From NCBI GenBank assembly GCA_012295275.1, contig CM022676.1, positions 4,278,001 to 4,342,000 on the forward strand: DNA of 64,000 nt. Reading direction: 5' to 3'. Position 1 is the stretch's first letter; each line of letters starts with the position of its first letter. This document shows positions 31,340 through 48,117 of this stretch, piece by piece. The notes below the pieces were generated by a model, which was given only the letters and a program-made list of their open reading frames with translations, had not been told where the DNA came from and made no database searches. The stretch comes from Chrysomallon squamiferum. Lineage: Eukaryota > Animalia > Mollusca. The translations under genes and the position numbers were made by a program.

Positions 31340-31844
31340 ATATATATGTAATATTGCTGTACCTTCTAGTGAATTAATTCGTAAGCACAAGTTTTTACAC
31401 CTATATTAACCAAACTAAAATATCATTGTTTTCATGTAAGCTATGTCTGTGTGTCCATGCAAATATACAATGTAAGTCTGTGTGTGTGTACCGATCTACG
31501 TATTAATTAATATGTAATTGTATGGATGGATGCTTTGTCATTTAAAACCATTTTAACATCAAATAAATATTTATTTAAGCTATATATGAAATATAAATGG
31601 AATTAGTATTTAGAATATTTCTATTTTAAGCCAATCTCATCAAATCGAAAATCCAAAAATTCCGAAAATTCCGAATCATTTCGGATAAAGGATTGTCAAC
31701 TTATGTATGTACGATTAATTACCGGAAAAGAAATATCTATCTATCTATCTTGTTTCTTTTTTCGTGAAAGTTGCTGAATAAACGAATGATTAACAAATAA
31801 TATTCGTTTTCTTCTTCATCATTTATTAATATCAGTTCACTTAC

Positions 31845-31949
31845 CATCAGGTATTAAGACGTCATATGCGAACTCATATCCTCTTTCCTCTACAGAAGAA
31901 TATGAATTCCCTGTGTCTTGAAGTTCTGCTGCTGCTGCAATCTGATTTT
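31845..31949 (-). CDS. Unit E ITAM-like exon 2
   Basis: 105 nt, phase 1-1; ENQIAAAAELQDTGNSYSSVEERGYEFAYDVLIPD. Confidence 0.8.
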
Positions 31950-32439
31950 CTGAAACATGGAATTAAATTATGTTTTGTTTTATTTAAAAATTGTGATGTG
32001 CTGAGAACACAATAATCGTGCTAACGGATATATATATATATGTACACACACAAATACGTAGATACATACATAGATACACAAAACAACATCGATGTAAGAG
32101 TCTGCCTGTGACTGTGTATACTATATTTTACAGATATTTCAAAATAATTTACAAAGTGTCTGTTAAAAATCTAGAACAATTTTACAATTTCATACAAAGA
32201 CACTTCTAAACAAATATATTTATAAATCTATATAAAACTATTTCGAACATATTTAGAATCTATTCTTTCTCAAAATCTATCTATCTATATATATGTATGT
32301 ATGTATGTATGTATGAATGTATGTATGTATGCATGTATGTTTATGAGGATTTCTTTTCGTGAAATTGTCCGAATAAGCGTATGGTTAACAAGCTATACCC
32401 GTTTTCTTCTTTAGCATTAATTAATATCAGTTCACTTAC

Positions 32440-32530
32440 CACCAGGTAATAAGACGTCATATGGGTCGTCATTTCCTCTTTCCTGTAGAGAAAATATGAA
32501 TTCTCTATATTTTGATGCACATTGCTGATT
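32440..32530 (-). CDS. Unit E ITAM-like exon 1 (91 nt, apparent 1-nt deletion)
   Basis: ISNVHQNIENSY..SLQERGNDDPYDVLLPG when one base is restored (tattttctcta versus tattcttctcta in paralogs); good acceptor and gtaagt donor. Confidence 0.7.
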
Positions 32531-32825
32531 CTGAAATTGCAAACGTAAATAAAATATATTACATATACTTCGATGCACTAATCCGAGAATGAGAAAAAGA
32601 ATGGAAACACATACATACATACATTAACACATATTTACATACATATATACATATATAAAATCATACACACATATATACGTACATATATACATACATACAT
32701 ACACATATATATAAACTCACAAAAGAACATGGAGATATACATAAGCACATATAGACAGATGGACAAAAAAACATGAACTATATTTTACAGAATGAAAATA
32801 GTAAAAAAAGTACAAATTAATTTAC

Positions 32826-32856
32826 CTTTCTTGGTTCCAAGTTGAGTTGTTTTCTT
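32826..32856 (-). CDS. Unit E juxtamembrane micro-exon (31 nt, KENNSTWNQE)
   Basis: Follows a (TTA)n tract, ends ccaagaaag|gtaaa; positional equivalent of 10469-10496 and 42945-42975. Confidence 0.6.
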
Positions 32857-32857
32857 C

Positions 32858-32947
<90 letters not shown>

Positions 32948-33029
32948 CAACAACAACAATGATAATTATAATAACCTTATCATCATCAGGAGCATAGTAG
33001 TGTAGTAATAGTTTTAGTTTTTGTAGGAT

Positions 33030-33061
<32 letters not shown>

Positions 33062-33566
33062 CAGACTGATACTAGCTATTTCTATGTGTACAGGATACTT
33101 CTGTGCTTAAATCACTCTACCTGAATACTGACATAGTCATGAAACATTTTCAGCATTATGCCTGTCTAAAATTAAATTTATCATTAAATGTTCTTGTTCT
33201 TAGATATCATTTTTTACCTCAGCCATGTCATTATCAGGTGGCTGAAATACACAGGTGGACAAAAAAACAGGTTTGATTACTCTGTGTAAGGTAATTGAGT
33301 AAAGAAGTCTTGATTTATCTCCCCTTTACTCTATGGGTAAGTGTAATTAAAATACATAATAAAATAAATGAAAGAACAAGGGACCAAATAAACATACAAA
33401 GAACAAACAAATACTAGTATGAAGCTATGAATAAATGATCGAACGATCAAGTGGATGAATGAATAAATAAACAATGAATAGAAAATAAAATAAAAAGATT
33501 CAATTAAAAAGAAAGAAAGAAAGAAAGAAGGAAGGAAGCAAACAGAACAAACAAACAAACAAATAC

Positions 33567-33683
33567 TTCTTTTGTTTCGGACGTAGAGAACAACGACAAT
33601 GACAATGATAACAGACAGAACAAGAAAACTTCCAAAACCGCTGCCAAATTCTTTTCCAAACTGACTGCTGTCTTCTACAGGGC
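33567..33683 (-). CDS. Unit E transmembrane exon
   Basis: 117 nt, phase 1-1; CPVEDSSQFGKEFGSGFGSFLVLSVIIVIVVVLYVRNKR, a hydrophobic stretch followed by basic stop-transfer residues. Confidence 0.85.
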
Positions 33684-33844
33684 CTGAAAATTGATTAATA
33701 AAAATAAAATCTTGAGGTTATCTTATTATATACTACTCAAAATAAGTTAAGGGTCAAAAGTGTTTGTGCAAATAAAGATAAGCTAATATGCTGATATTCT
33801 GACGACTAATGACAAATTATTTATTTGGGTTTTGTGATTCATGG

Positions 33845-34392
33845 ATCCGCCTACTCACACCATTCCACTTTCTCCTCCAACTAGTAGATGCTGAACAACG
33901 TTAACAGCAACAAATGTAATTCCATGACGAATCTAAACAAGAGCCAGCCCATCACTCAACTAGAGAAGATGTTTGATTCATCTGCTGCACTGGATATGAC
34001 GTCTACGCCGATGAAGACGAGCCATTCGCTGACGGGCTGACTACAGGATGCCGACGTCGGGAAGTTTGGTCTACCAAACGATTACTGACGTTCTGATCAG
34101 AAACATTGTTGCCTTTACAATCTCTGAGTCTCATTGTTGCCTTTACAAGTCGCGAAGACGTCGTGTCGGAACAAAACCCTGTTGCAACGTCGCCATCATC
34201 AGCAGTCGGTCTTTTCGAACTGTGGTCTTCCAGAATGGGACAGATTAGTCGTCCTGAATCTCTTTCAGATTCTACAGATAACAATTTGCCTTACATTTAG
34301 ACGGAGAGCCACATCTTTGAGTGTGTCCATCTTGTAGCCAGCCAGTGACCCTTCCCCTGTCTTGCAAAACTCAGTTGTCGTCAAAAAAAGCA
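33845..34392 (-). mobile_element. Decayed Tc1-like (Tc1/mariner) transposase, N-terminal two thirds
   Basis: Across frameshifts: DRGRVTGWLQDGHT (HTH start), HSGRP (GRPR-like), NVSDQNVSNRL (TVRNRL-like), DES (first catalytic D context), SDG, and VGGESGMV*VG resembling GGGSVMVWG. More GC-rich than its flanks. No TIRs recognised. Confidence 0.75.
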
Positions 34393-35293
34393 TCTTCAAC
34401 TTAAAAGTGATGATGAAACGAAAATGTTCATCGCTTTTATTGCTAAAATTGGCATTGAATTATGCTAAGCACGTGCAAATGGTGCTTGACGTGTCAGAGT
34501 GGGTGCTTCGAGGCACGTTGTCTGTTAAGTCTGACTGTATGTTTTAGCTTCAATTCCATGAAAAGGAAATCTGGGTTAATTTAAAAAATGTATAAAGATA
34601 AGGGCAATGATTGCATGCCCATATGTCTTTAGTCCAGATGATGACACAAACATTAATATTCTAACCCTATCTGCACCATCAAAAAAAAACAAAAAAAAAC
34701 AAACAAAAAAAAAAAAAAGATACTTGGAAAAAAATTTTTAAGAATGCCTTCGACCTTGACTTCTTTTGAGCAGTTTATTATTTATACTTCTTCAGTAGAT
34801 TAGTAATTTGTATTTGCTATTATTAATATATCTTCAGAGAGTAGTTAACTATTTATTTGCTATAGTTAAGTTATCTTCAGTTAAAACGGTAACTTTTATT
34901 ACTATTAATTATGATGTATGTAACAAACATGAACATATGCATACTACATAAAACATACTACATAAGCACACACACATACGCACGTAATATACACACAGAT
35001 GGGCACATATATACATTATATATACATACTTATATAAAAGCACACTTACATAGATATATCTTTAAATATATTCATACTTGCATACATGCAGAGAGATTAC
35101 ATTACATATACCTATCTATTTCTCTATCTATCTATCTATCTATACATATATACATATATATATATAGACAGATGAATATACACCTACATATACATAAGTA
35201 TAATGACACAAACACACGTACATATACATCTATACACATACATTTATACATACACACATACCACCGCACATATTAAGAATGAAGATAACGTAC

Positions 35294-35572
35294 AAAGATG
35301 AAACGATTCCAAAGATTTTCTCACTGCTGTTTTCACCTTGTTTTCCGCCTCACAATAAAATCCTTCCCAGTCTGAACAAGATGTCGCTATACAACTGTAG
35401 TCCAATGTCGTGGCGTTCTGAACTTGGTGCAGCAGTTGTCTCCCTTTCAGTATTTTAATTGCGGACTTCGGATTACTGTCAACGTTACATACAAATGTTG
35501 CATTTAGTTTATTCTCCCTTGCATAGTTACTCAAATGCTCAGTGATCACTTTTGTCTTAATGGAAGGTTGGT
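35294..35572 (-). CDS. Unit E membrane-proximal Ig exon (I4)
   Basis: 279 nt, phase 1-1; NATFVCNVDSNPKSAI...SCSDWEGFYCEAENKV. Confidence 0.85.
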
Positions 35573-35624
35573 CTGGAGTCAAAAAAAAGTAGATTTTAAT
35601 ACTTCTCTATCATTTATTATCCAT

Positions 35625-35724
<100 letters not shown>

Positions 35725-35803
35725 CTCTCTGAATAGTTTTTCTATAACTATTTTATGATTTGTATTCAAAATTAAACTCAAAATAAAATGATTTAAAACT
35801 CAC

Positions 35804-36064
35804 ATTTAACGTTAATAATAGTTTTGGTCTGTGATGTTTGCTTCGTATCCGGATTAGAAGCAATGCATGTGTAGACGCCATCTTGAAGTCTCGTGATATT
35901 AGTCAGTGCCAGTAGTCCGTTGTTGCTGACAATCTGACTGGTCAGTTCCCATCTGTAAAGGCATTTGATGGTGCAATCGGCTTTGCATGATAATGTGACT
36001 TCACTTCCTTCCTCTACAGTGATTTCAGACGAAGAATTGACTCGAAGAGAAATACCGGGACCGT
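35804..36064 (-). CDS. Unit E Ig exon I3
   Basis: 261 nt; GPGISLRVN...VTLSCKADCTIKCLYRW...DGVYTCIASN; cacag acceptor and gtgagt donor. Confidence 0.9.
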
Positions 36065-36096
36065 CTGTGAAAAAAAAAAAAGTAAAAATAATAATG

Positions 36097-36163
<67 letters not shown>

Positions 36164-36530
36164 TAATAAGTGCATAATTTTTAACTTGTGTATGGTGCAA
36201 GCTTATCCTAGTCACACGACAATCATTTTGAAAATGTAAACTTGTCTGTTGATTTTCTGTTCCTTATCGGAAAAAACGTGAATGAGCCTTGGGTTGTACG
36301 TGGAAGTTAAACTGAAAATGAGTTACGTACGTGACCCGTAACGTAGATTCTCTACGTGACCTAATACGTACGCAGACTCCATCTACTCTAGACTTCTCTA
36401 TTAACTGCATATTCGCACGTAAACGTTTGTAATTGATTGTCTGATATTTTAAGCATACAGCTCTAACAAATACTAAGTAATTTGTGAATTTTATCATTTT
36501 TATTTTTACTATAATTAGTTTTCTACTTAC

Positions 36531-36791
36531 AATGTACAGTCAAACGAAGTGTTTTTTTAGCAGTTTGTTTCGTATCCGGATTTTCAGCCGTACACACATA
36601 GACACCTGATTGTGATATATGAACATTAGCCAATGATAGAATGCTCGTTTTACTTATGACGTCATCTGCGACCTTCCATTCATAATTACACGTCACGAAA
36701 CAGGTCGCGGAACACAACACTGTGACGTCACTTCCTTCCTCAGCAGTCACAACAGATGAAGTATTCAGTTTGAGTGATGATCCAGGACCAT
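36531..36791 (-). CDS. Unit E Ig exon I2
   Basis: 261 nt; DGPGSSLKLN...CSATCFVTCNYEW...QSGVYVCTAEN; gtaagt donor. Confidence 0.9.
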
Positions 36792-37185
36792 CTTAAAAAA
36801 GCAAATTATCAACATCATCACCATCATTATCGGCAGCTTTGTCATCATTGTCTTGATACACACTATTTGATTGTTTCTCAGAGTAGAAACTGTGGGTTGC
36901 TCGAATTGTTAGTTATGGATGTTGTCGTCGAAGTGATGGTGACGATGTAGTGTTTTAATTGTTGATGTTGATACTACAGTTACTACAAAAATCATACTAT
37001 TTATTTATTTATTTATTTATTTTGCTAATATTTTTGCTGATTTATTGATTCTATTGTTTTGACATTATTAACAGTACATATTTTGAAGGATGATTTTATC
37101 TTTCACTTCCAGTTTTATTTCATTTCTTTCTTTCAACATATAATAGGTACAGTAATAATATTAATAATAAATAAGTTAATTTTAC

Positions 37186-37497
37186 CTCTCACTTCCAGTT
37201 TTATTTCATTGCTTCGTAGTCTGTAATCACCACATCTCCACACTGTTCCATGTTGACTGAGTTTCACTGATTTTATTGTCACAGTGTTAATACCATTTGA
37301 ACAGTTAAAAGTGTATTCTTCTGGATGTTCTCTATGAAAATGACACTGACCGTGTCTATCTAGATCACCCATCCTGTATATTATGTTATTCTCAAACCAA
37401 ATTATTCCAGGAAAATGAAAATCTCTCTGGCAGGTAAAATTAAAAGGTGATCCACAAATTGCATATCTGTTTGATGTTGTTAAATTGTAATACAGAC
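37186..37497 (-). CDS. Unit E V-like Ig exon
   Basis: 312 nt, open; LYYNLTTSNRYAICGSPFNFTCQRDFHFPGIIWFEN...HGTVWRCGDYRLRSNEIKLEVR. Confidence 0.9.
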
Positions 37498-38170
37498 CTA
37501 AAATTTAAAATAATAACAAAATAAAAATAAAATAAAATAAAAATTTGTTAAGTTTTTGTTATTTTTATTTATCTATATATTTATTTATTTATACTTCATT
37601 CCATAATTATGTTACATTTCGTTACGTTACCTTACTCTCTGTTATGGACCGTCATGTTGTTACGTTATGTTATGTTATGGTTTGTTATTCTCTTGTTTTA
37701 ATACAGATATTTTAATACAGATATATTTCAAAAATTCAAATCACACAATTACGCAGATATATTTTTCTACATTAGTCAACGAAACATAACTTCGACTGAG
37801 TCAAGATTTCACAGTAAGTAAATTAAATGGACTCAGGCACAGAAAAATGGTTGCGTCTCAAAAGACAGACTGTCCGCCCATAATGCAGATACTCCATTTA
37901 ACAGACAAAACTCTTTATTAGGTCATGTTTCCTGAACACCCCTGACTGCTTTAATGGTATGCTCCAGTCTGTTCATAGAAGCAACAGCGAGAGCCTAATT
38001 ATAATCTGGTAAATGTAATTAATAAATCTACAAACAAATCTATAAATCTGTATTATTCACAGTAAACGGCAGGTCATTAGTTAATGCGCTGAACCGTGTC
38101 TTCTGTTTTTTTCATGCTATACTATACTTTATGAGACGTCTGTCTTTTGAGAGGAATATAAAATACATAC

Positions 38171-38228
38171 CTTGTACGTAAATTACACATCCCAGTAAAA
38201 CGAACACACAGAATATCTTACAACTCAT
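38171..38228 (-). CDS. Unit E leader exon MSCKIFCVFVLLGCVIYVQG
   Basis: 58 nt, intact ATG and gtatgt donor, phase matches the V exon. Confidence 0.85.
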
Positions 38229-38362
38229 TTCCAGTGTTTTAGTTTTAACTGCTGTTAATAAAAATACAGTTACTTTCTTTTCTTCACTTCAGGAGTATGT
38301 ATGTATGTATGTATATATCTCTATATGTATATATGTATGTATGTGTGTATATAGGTGTGTTT

Positions 38363-38427
<65 letters not shown>

Positions 38428-38508
38428 CATACATATACACAAACATAAGCACAAACACACACACATATATATATATATATAATGTTTAAATATCTACAGA
38501 TATATATA

Positions 38509-38545
<37 letters not shown>

Positions 38546-39139
38546 GTGTGTATGAGTATGTACGTGCGTTTAGGTAAGTGTGCGTGTGCATTTTAAATAA
38601 TTAAAAATCTTTCCTTCAGAGATAAAGGGCAGTCATTTTGAATTGTCGCATGAATTATACAACATGGATGTTTGCCAACTTTTGTTTCTTATTTTATGAC
38701 ATGACTTGGTCAGTTTTATTTTGGTATGTTGTAACTCTACCACTCTGTTTAAAACCAGTCATGGATGAAAAAAAAACGCGGAAAAAATGTATTTCTATTT
38801 TGTTCGGTTTATACTGGAATATGTGTGTGTATGTGTGTATTATAGTTGTTGTTCTTTTGTTATTATTATTATACTTCCTTTATTACATATGTTTATATTG
38901 TATTACATTATGTTACATTGCGTTACGTTATTCTGTATAATGTACTGTCATATTACGATACATTATGTTATCCTATCTTATGTTATGTTATTGTTTCATA
39001 TTTTGATAAATATATTTCAAGAGTTCATGTTACTTAGTTATTACCATTAGTCATCCACAAATGACGTCGACTCCACATTTGGTAAATGAAACGAGACTAA
39101 CTCAGATAGAGATAAATAATTTGAATATAAAATACATAC

Positions 39140-39188
39140 CTTGTACGTACAATACACACCCCAGTAACACGAATAACTTACAACTCAT
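39140..39188 (-). CDS. Additional upstream leader exon (49 nt) MSCKLFVLLGCVLYVQG
   Basis: Same sequence as 1373-1421; intact phase-1 donor. Confidence 0.6.
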
Positions 39189-39933
39189 TTCCAGTATTTT
39201 AGTTTTCACTGTTGTTAATGAAAATATATACTGTCTTAGCTAAGTTTTTCTGTTTTAAATTCTTCCTTGTTTTCTTTCCTGTTGATGCGTCACCACATTT
39301 ACTTTCTGTTTCGTAAGTAAAACACCCTTTATATTCTTTGTAAAATAGACTGTAATGGACTGTAATCTGTAATAGACTGGATTCAATCGAAGGACTTCTG
39401 CAGTCTACGAAAAGACAGTCTACACGAAACTGATTATACTTTGAGATTTTATATTATTATTATTTAACGTTAGTGGAATTAGCATACATTTATGTAATAA
39501 TGCTATGAATTATTGACAATGTTTTAGTTCAGGAATGGGCAAGCTTTTTTCAAGAAGCTGGCCACATGAGAAATGACTCATCCTCAGTTGGGCTGCTGTT
39601 ACTAATTTAGGCGATTTTGTGTTTTTACGTAGAGTTAATTTAAGACATTTTTCATTTTCATTTACTTCAGGAACTGTTATAAAACTGTTTTTTTATGACT
39701 AGTTTAGACGAATTCGTACGAACGAGTGCGCATATTGGCGTATGTGTTTATGATACAAGGAAAAGTAGAAAGATACGGTTTATTTTGTGCGATGTTCTGA
39801 CTCTACACTCTATTTAAAGCCAGCCATGGATGAAAGGAAACGCACAAAACATATAACCTAAAACACAAATACTCTTTCTGTCAAGTTATTGAGTAGCATA
39901 CCCTTTCTATTTTGTTCGGTTCATACTGGAATA

Positions 39934-39990
<57 letters not shown>

Positions 39991-40304
39991 TTGAGTGTGT
40001 GTGAGTGTGTTTTATTTTTGTTGTTTTGTTATTATTATTGTTATTATTGCTTCCTTACATATTTTAATATTGTATTACATTATGTTACACATCGTTACGT
40101 TGTGTGGTGTACTGTTATGTTATGATACATTTTATTATCCTGTGTTATCTTATGTTATGTTATTGTTTGATAAATATATTTCAAGAGTTCATGCTACCAG
40201 TTATTACCTTAGTAATGGTGTCGACTCCACCCAGATTTCACAGTTTGTAAATGAAACGAGATTAACTCAGATAGAGATAAATAATGTGGATATAGAATAC
40301 ATAC

Positions 40305-40362
40305 CTTTTACGTACAATGCAGATCCCAGTAACACGAACACACAGAATAACGTAAAACTCAT
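40305..40362 (-). CDS. Additional upstream leader exon (58 nt) MSFTLFCVFVLLGSALYVKG
   Basis: Diverged but open and hydrophobic; aaag|gtatgt donor. Confidence 0.6.
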
Positions 40363-41002
40363 TTCCAGTATTTTAGTTTTCACTGTCGTTAATAAAAATA
40401 TAGTTTTAGTTTTAGTATCTTTTCCTCGATAATTTCTTGTTTTCACAGCAGTTAATAAAACATCGTTTTAATTTTATTATCTATTATTTACTACTTTCTT
40501 GTGTTCACTGCTATGAATAAAAAATGTTTTTCTTCTTTGCCAAGTTGTAAGATTTACTCTGACTACCTTCTTGTATGGATACCTTTACAATTGTTATTTA
40601 ATGAAGTATCACGATCAAAAGTCAGTGCATTTCAAGTCAATTCACCTGGTAGGCCCAGTGATGAAATGTTTTATCACACACAGATACATACACACATAAA
40701 CAGACATAGATACATATACATACAGACCGATATATAGATTATATGCTTAACAAAACGCCCAAGAAAGCCTAGTTCTGTTTGTACAGATATAATAACCAAA
40801 CTAGCAACACCCCCTATAAATATCACTGGATCCGTCTTTCGGACGACTTTGTCAAGTGTAATTCAACACGATAGGAAAGCAGCTGCACAAGAAAGATTAT
40901 TTACACCGATAAATCTTTTTCTCCTACGATCGCATTTGCACCCGTGACATAACAAAGTGAAAGAGTGTACAAACTGTCGCGTATTCTTCTGTGTTTCGAC
41001 AG

Positions 41003-43754
<2,752 letters not shown>

Positions 43755-46484
43755 TAAACAAGGGAAGAAGTTCTGTTTGTCAATCATTCACTTTTTAAGG
43801 CACTTTCATGAAAACTTGAAGAATATTAATTTGTTAAATATTTCTATTAAAATAGAGAGACTTCAGTTTCTACAGTGACACCAGATTTGAACTGTGTAAA
43901 TAGCTACCTGTGAGAAAAGTTATAAATATTTTAATGAGTTGCTTATCGCAAATTTTTAATCATTCATTACCATTGTGTGAATTGTGACTGTAACTATGAG
44001 AAAACTTCTGGAGATTTCTGACGTAAAATTTAAATTTTACCCACGTATACATTAATTAAAAGAAACATTTGATCAATCTCGGTAACACTGGTATCATTCG
44101 CACATGTTTCATCTTTTAATTTTTTATATTTCCTCAGATGTAAGATCCTTCACGTCATGAAAGTCTCTGTTTTCTTGTATAACAGTAACATGAGAAATGA
44201 AATTCCTGGCTGACAATGGCAGAATAAATCTATATTTACATGTTTTTTTTAATACTATCAAGTGTTTCCTTTCCACGGCTTCGTAAACTTTATCTGTCAA
44301 AGCTGTTCCTTTTTTGGTAATACTTGCGCGTTTTTCATATTTTTATTCTCTATTTACATTGAGTGAAACATAATTCTATGTGATGATTTTGTAAAAGTTT
44401 GAGAGGTTTCGGGAGTAGGAATCGAATTTTTTTCTTGTTTTTGTTTTTTATGTTGAAATAAACGGCTTGGATTGGATTTAAAACCCTTTTCTTTTTTTAA
44501 ACAATGTTTCTGTGTGTGCATGTTTCCTTTTAATTGTCTTTGTCTCTACTGTTCGATTTTATTGGGAATTGTTGCTTATGTAAGAAAGTCCGAAATGAGA
44601 GAAAATGGGTTAAAGGAATTGTGAGCAAGCATTTTGAACGGGAAACAGCACAAGGGACGGAATGAAATGAACCATGTAAGAACTAAACCAGTGTGTACTA
44701 TTCCTCTGCTCATTATCTTATCTTTCTTTATCATATTAGCAGGTTTGTATCTATGTTCGTGATCACAAAGATTTGTTTCGTTGTCATGAAAAATATATTT
44801 TCCAGTTCTCTGCTATATTTTATTCTTTCCCTTAGTACACAATAAGTAAACTAATGTTTCTCTTTGTCTTTCAAATGTGTTCGTCTGTTTGTGTGTCTTT
44901 GTTCATAACACGATTTCTCCATCGATTTTTGTATATCCACCATTCTGATTTTACACACCTCTCTTTTCTTTTCTATTATTCTCAATTTATCTGTTACTCT
45001 GTCTGATTGTTCTTTCTTTTCTTCACTGTATCCACACTTCCATCCATCTGTCTACCCAATCACTGTCACTGAATATATAACTACGTATGTAACAACGTAT
45101 GTCTAACGAAATGACAGGACATGGGTTAAACGAATTGTGGGGAAGCAGTTAGAACAGGAAAACAGACAAGGGACATAATAAAGGGAAGTTACGTAACAAC
45201 TAAACGTATGAGTGTGTGTGAGTGTATGTATATATGTATATATAGATATACGTAGACACATACATAGGTATAGTATACATAGACACTTATATATATATAC
45301 ACACACACACACAGATACATACATACGTACATAATATATCACATATGACAGTGCACTACTCAGCGTAACGTAACGCAATGTAACATAATGTAACATGTTA
45401 TAAAAATATCCAATAAAGCAAGCATAATAATAATAGCAAAAACAACAACAATATTAACATACAGAAACACACAGACACACACACACACACACACACAATC
45501 ACACACACATACACATATTTCAGTATAAACCTAACACAATAGAAAGAGTATGTTACACTATGGCGTGACAAAATAAAGAATATCATCTGTTTTGAGATTA
45601 ATTTGCGGTCGTCTTTTTCCATCCATGACTGGTTTTGAACAGAGTGGTAGAGTCACAACATACCAGAGTAAAACTGTCAAAGTCATGTCGTGACGTAAGA
45701 AACAAAACTTAGCAAACATCCATGTTGTATATGTCACGCGACAATGGCCGCCCTTTATCTCTACAGCAAAGATTTCTAATTATCAGAAATGCACACGCAC
45801 ACTTACTTACACGCACCCACACAGACACATATACAATCATACATTGATACCCGAATATTGACATACACACATATATCACCTATCTGCCTACGCTCATAAA
45901 TATTATATACATGCATATATGAATATACATACATACATATATATGTGTGTGTGTATATGTAAATATTTGTGTATGTATCCATATATATGTAAAGACACAT
46001 ATATACACATATGCAAATATGGAAATGCTTACACCTGTAAGGTAAAATACCTTCAAATATACCTATAAACGTACATAAATACACGTGCACATCAATAATA
46101 AAATAAAAAAATAATAATAAAAAAATAAAAAATTAATAAAAGAAAATTAAAAGAAAATAAAATAAAAACAAAACGAAGAAGAAGAAAAAACATTCTAAGC
46201 TGAATTAACCATTCAAAATTCAACGCTGTGTGACATATTGCACTGTGCATTTTTTCTGATTCAGTCGAGTGGATTTAGTTTATTAATAAATATGCAGAGC
46301 CAATGAGACTTTTGGTGACGTTTTGTTTGACACAGGAAGTAAACGTCATAAGTTACCAGAATAAAGTACAAGAAGAAGGCGTCGAAAACTGTTTTTACAT
46401 TGAGAGCAGTAAAATCGAGAAAGCAGTCAAGAAAAGACAGCAACTATATTTTTATTAACGGCAGTAAAAACTAAAACACTGGAA

Positions 46485-46542
46485 ATGGGTTGTAAGATAT
46501 TCTGTGTGTTCGTGTTGCTGGGATCTGTAATTTACGTACAAG
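46485..46542 (+). pseudogene. Orphan leader exon MGCKIFCVFVLLGSVIYVQG with full promoter block; gene body deleted
   Basis: Intron 1 is fused at about 46722 to family 3'UTR sequence (cattcattaccatt...gtgactctaactatg). Confidence 0.75.
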
Positions 46543-47829
46543 GTATGTATTTTATGTTCCTCTCAAATGACAGGCTTCTCATATAGAATAGTCTAGCATA
46601 AACAACAGAAGACACGGTTGAGCGCGTTTACTTATCACCTGCCGTTTACCTTGAATAATACATGTAATAAATTATGGAATAGTCTGATACAATTAAATGC
46701 AGAACACAGAACAGAATTATATATTACCATTCATTACCATTTTGTGAATTGTGACTCTAACTATGAGAAAACTTCGGGAGATTTATGACGTAAAACTAAA
46801 ATATTTACACACGTATACATAAAGAAAAACAAACATTTCATGGGTCTCAGTAACACTGGTATCATTCGCATGTTTCATCTTTTAATTTTTTATATTTCCT
46901 TCCTATGTAAAATCCTTGACGTCATGAAAGTCTTTATTTTCTCGTATAACAGTTACATGAGAAATGAAATTCCTGGCTGACAATGTCAGATTTTCTTTAT
47001 ACTAACAAGTTTTCTTTCCACGGCTTGGTAAACCATATCTATCCAAGCTGTTCTCTTTTTTTGTGATACTCGTGAGCTATTCATATTTTTATTGTCTATT
47101 TACATTGAGTGAAGTAAAATTCTATGTGATGATTTTGTAAAAGTTTGTCGAGGTTTCGGGAGTACGAATCTTTTTTTTTTCTTTTTTTTTTTTTTTTGAT
47201 ATTGTAATAATCGGCTTGGACTAGATTTAATCTTTTTTTTTTTTTTTTTTTTTTTTGAACTATGTTTCTGCGTCTGCATGTTTCCTGTTAAATGTCTTTC
47301 TGTGTACTGTTAGATTTTATGGGGAATTTTTGCTTATGTAACAAATACCGAAATGAGAGAAAATGGGTTAAAGGAACTGTGAGCAAGCATTTAGAACGGG
47401 AAACAGGACAAGGGACGTAATGAAGGGAACTGATGTAACTACTAAACTAGTGTGTACTATTTTTCTGCTCATTATGCTGTCTTTCTTTATCATATAGCTG
47501 GTTTGTTTCTGTGTTCGTGATCACAAAGATATTTTTCGTTGACGTAATAAATACATTTTCCAGTTCTCTGCTATATTTTATTCTTTCCCTTCGTACACAA
47601 TAAGAAAGTAATGTTTCTCTTTGTCTTTCAAATGTGTTCCTCTCTTTGTGTGTCATTGTTTATAACAAGCTTTCTCCATCGATTTTTGTATTTCCACGAT
47701 TCTGGTTTTAGACACGTCTCTTTTCTTTTCTGTTATTCTCTATTTATCTGTTCTCTGTCTGATTTTTCTTTCTTTTCTTTACTTCACTGAATCCACACAT
47801 CCATCCATCTGTCTACCAATCACTGAATA

Positions 47830-47936
47830 TATAATTCCGTATATAAGAACGTACGTCTAACGAAATGACAGAACATGGGTTAAACCTATTGTGGGCAAGC
47901 AGTTAGAACAGGAAAACAGACAAGGGACATAATAAA

Positions 47937-47984
<48 letters not shown>

Positions 47985-48057
47985 ATAAATAAGTAAATAA
48001 ATATATATATATATAGGTATGCACATACATAGGTATAGTATACCTACCCAAAAACAG

Positions 48058-48117
<60 letters not shown>

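Noticed and set aside
34003-34547. Several overlapping 60-93 aa ORFs as a possible extra exon or gene
   Set aside because: A candidate acceptor at about 34571 hits stops in all frames; the region is better explained as a frameshifted Tc1-like relic.
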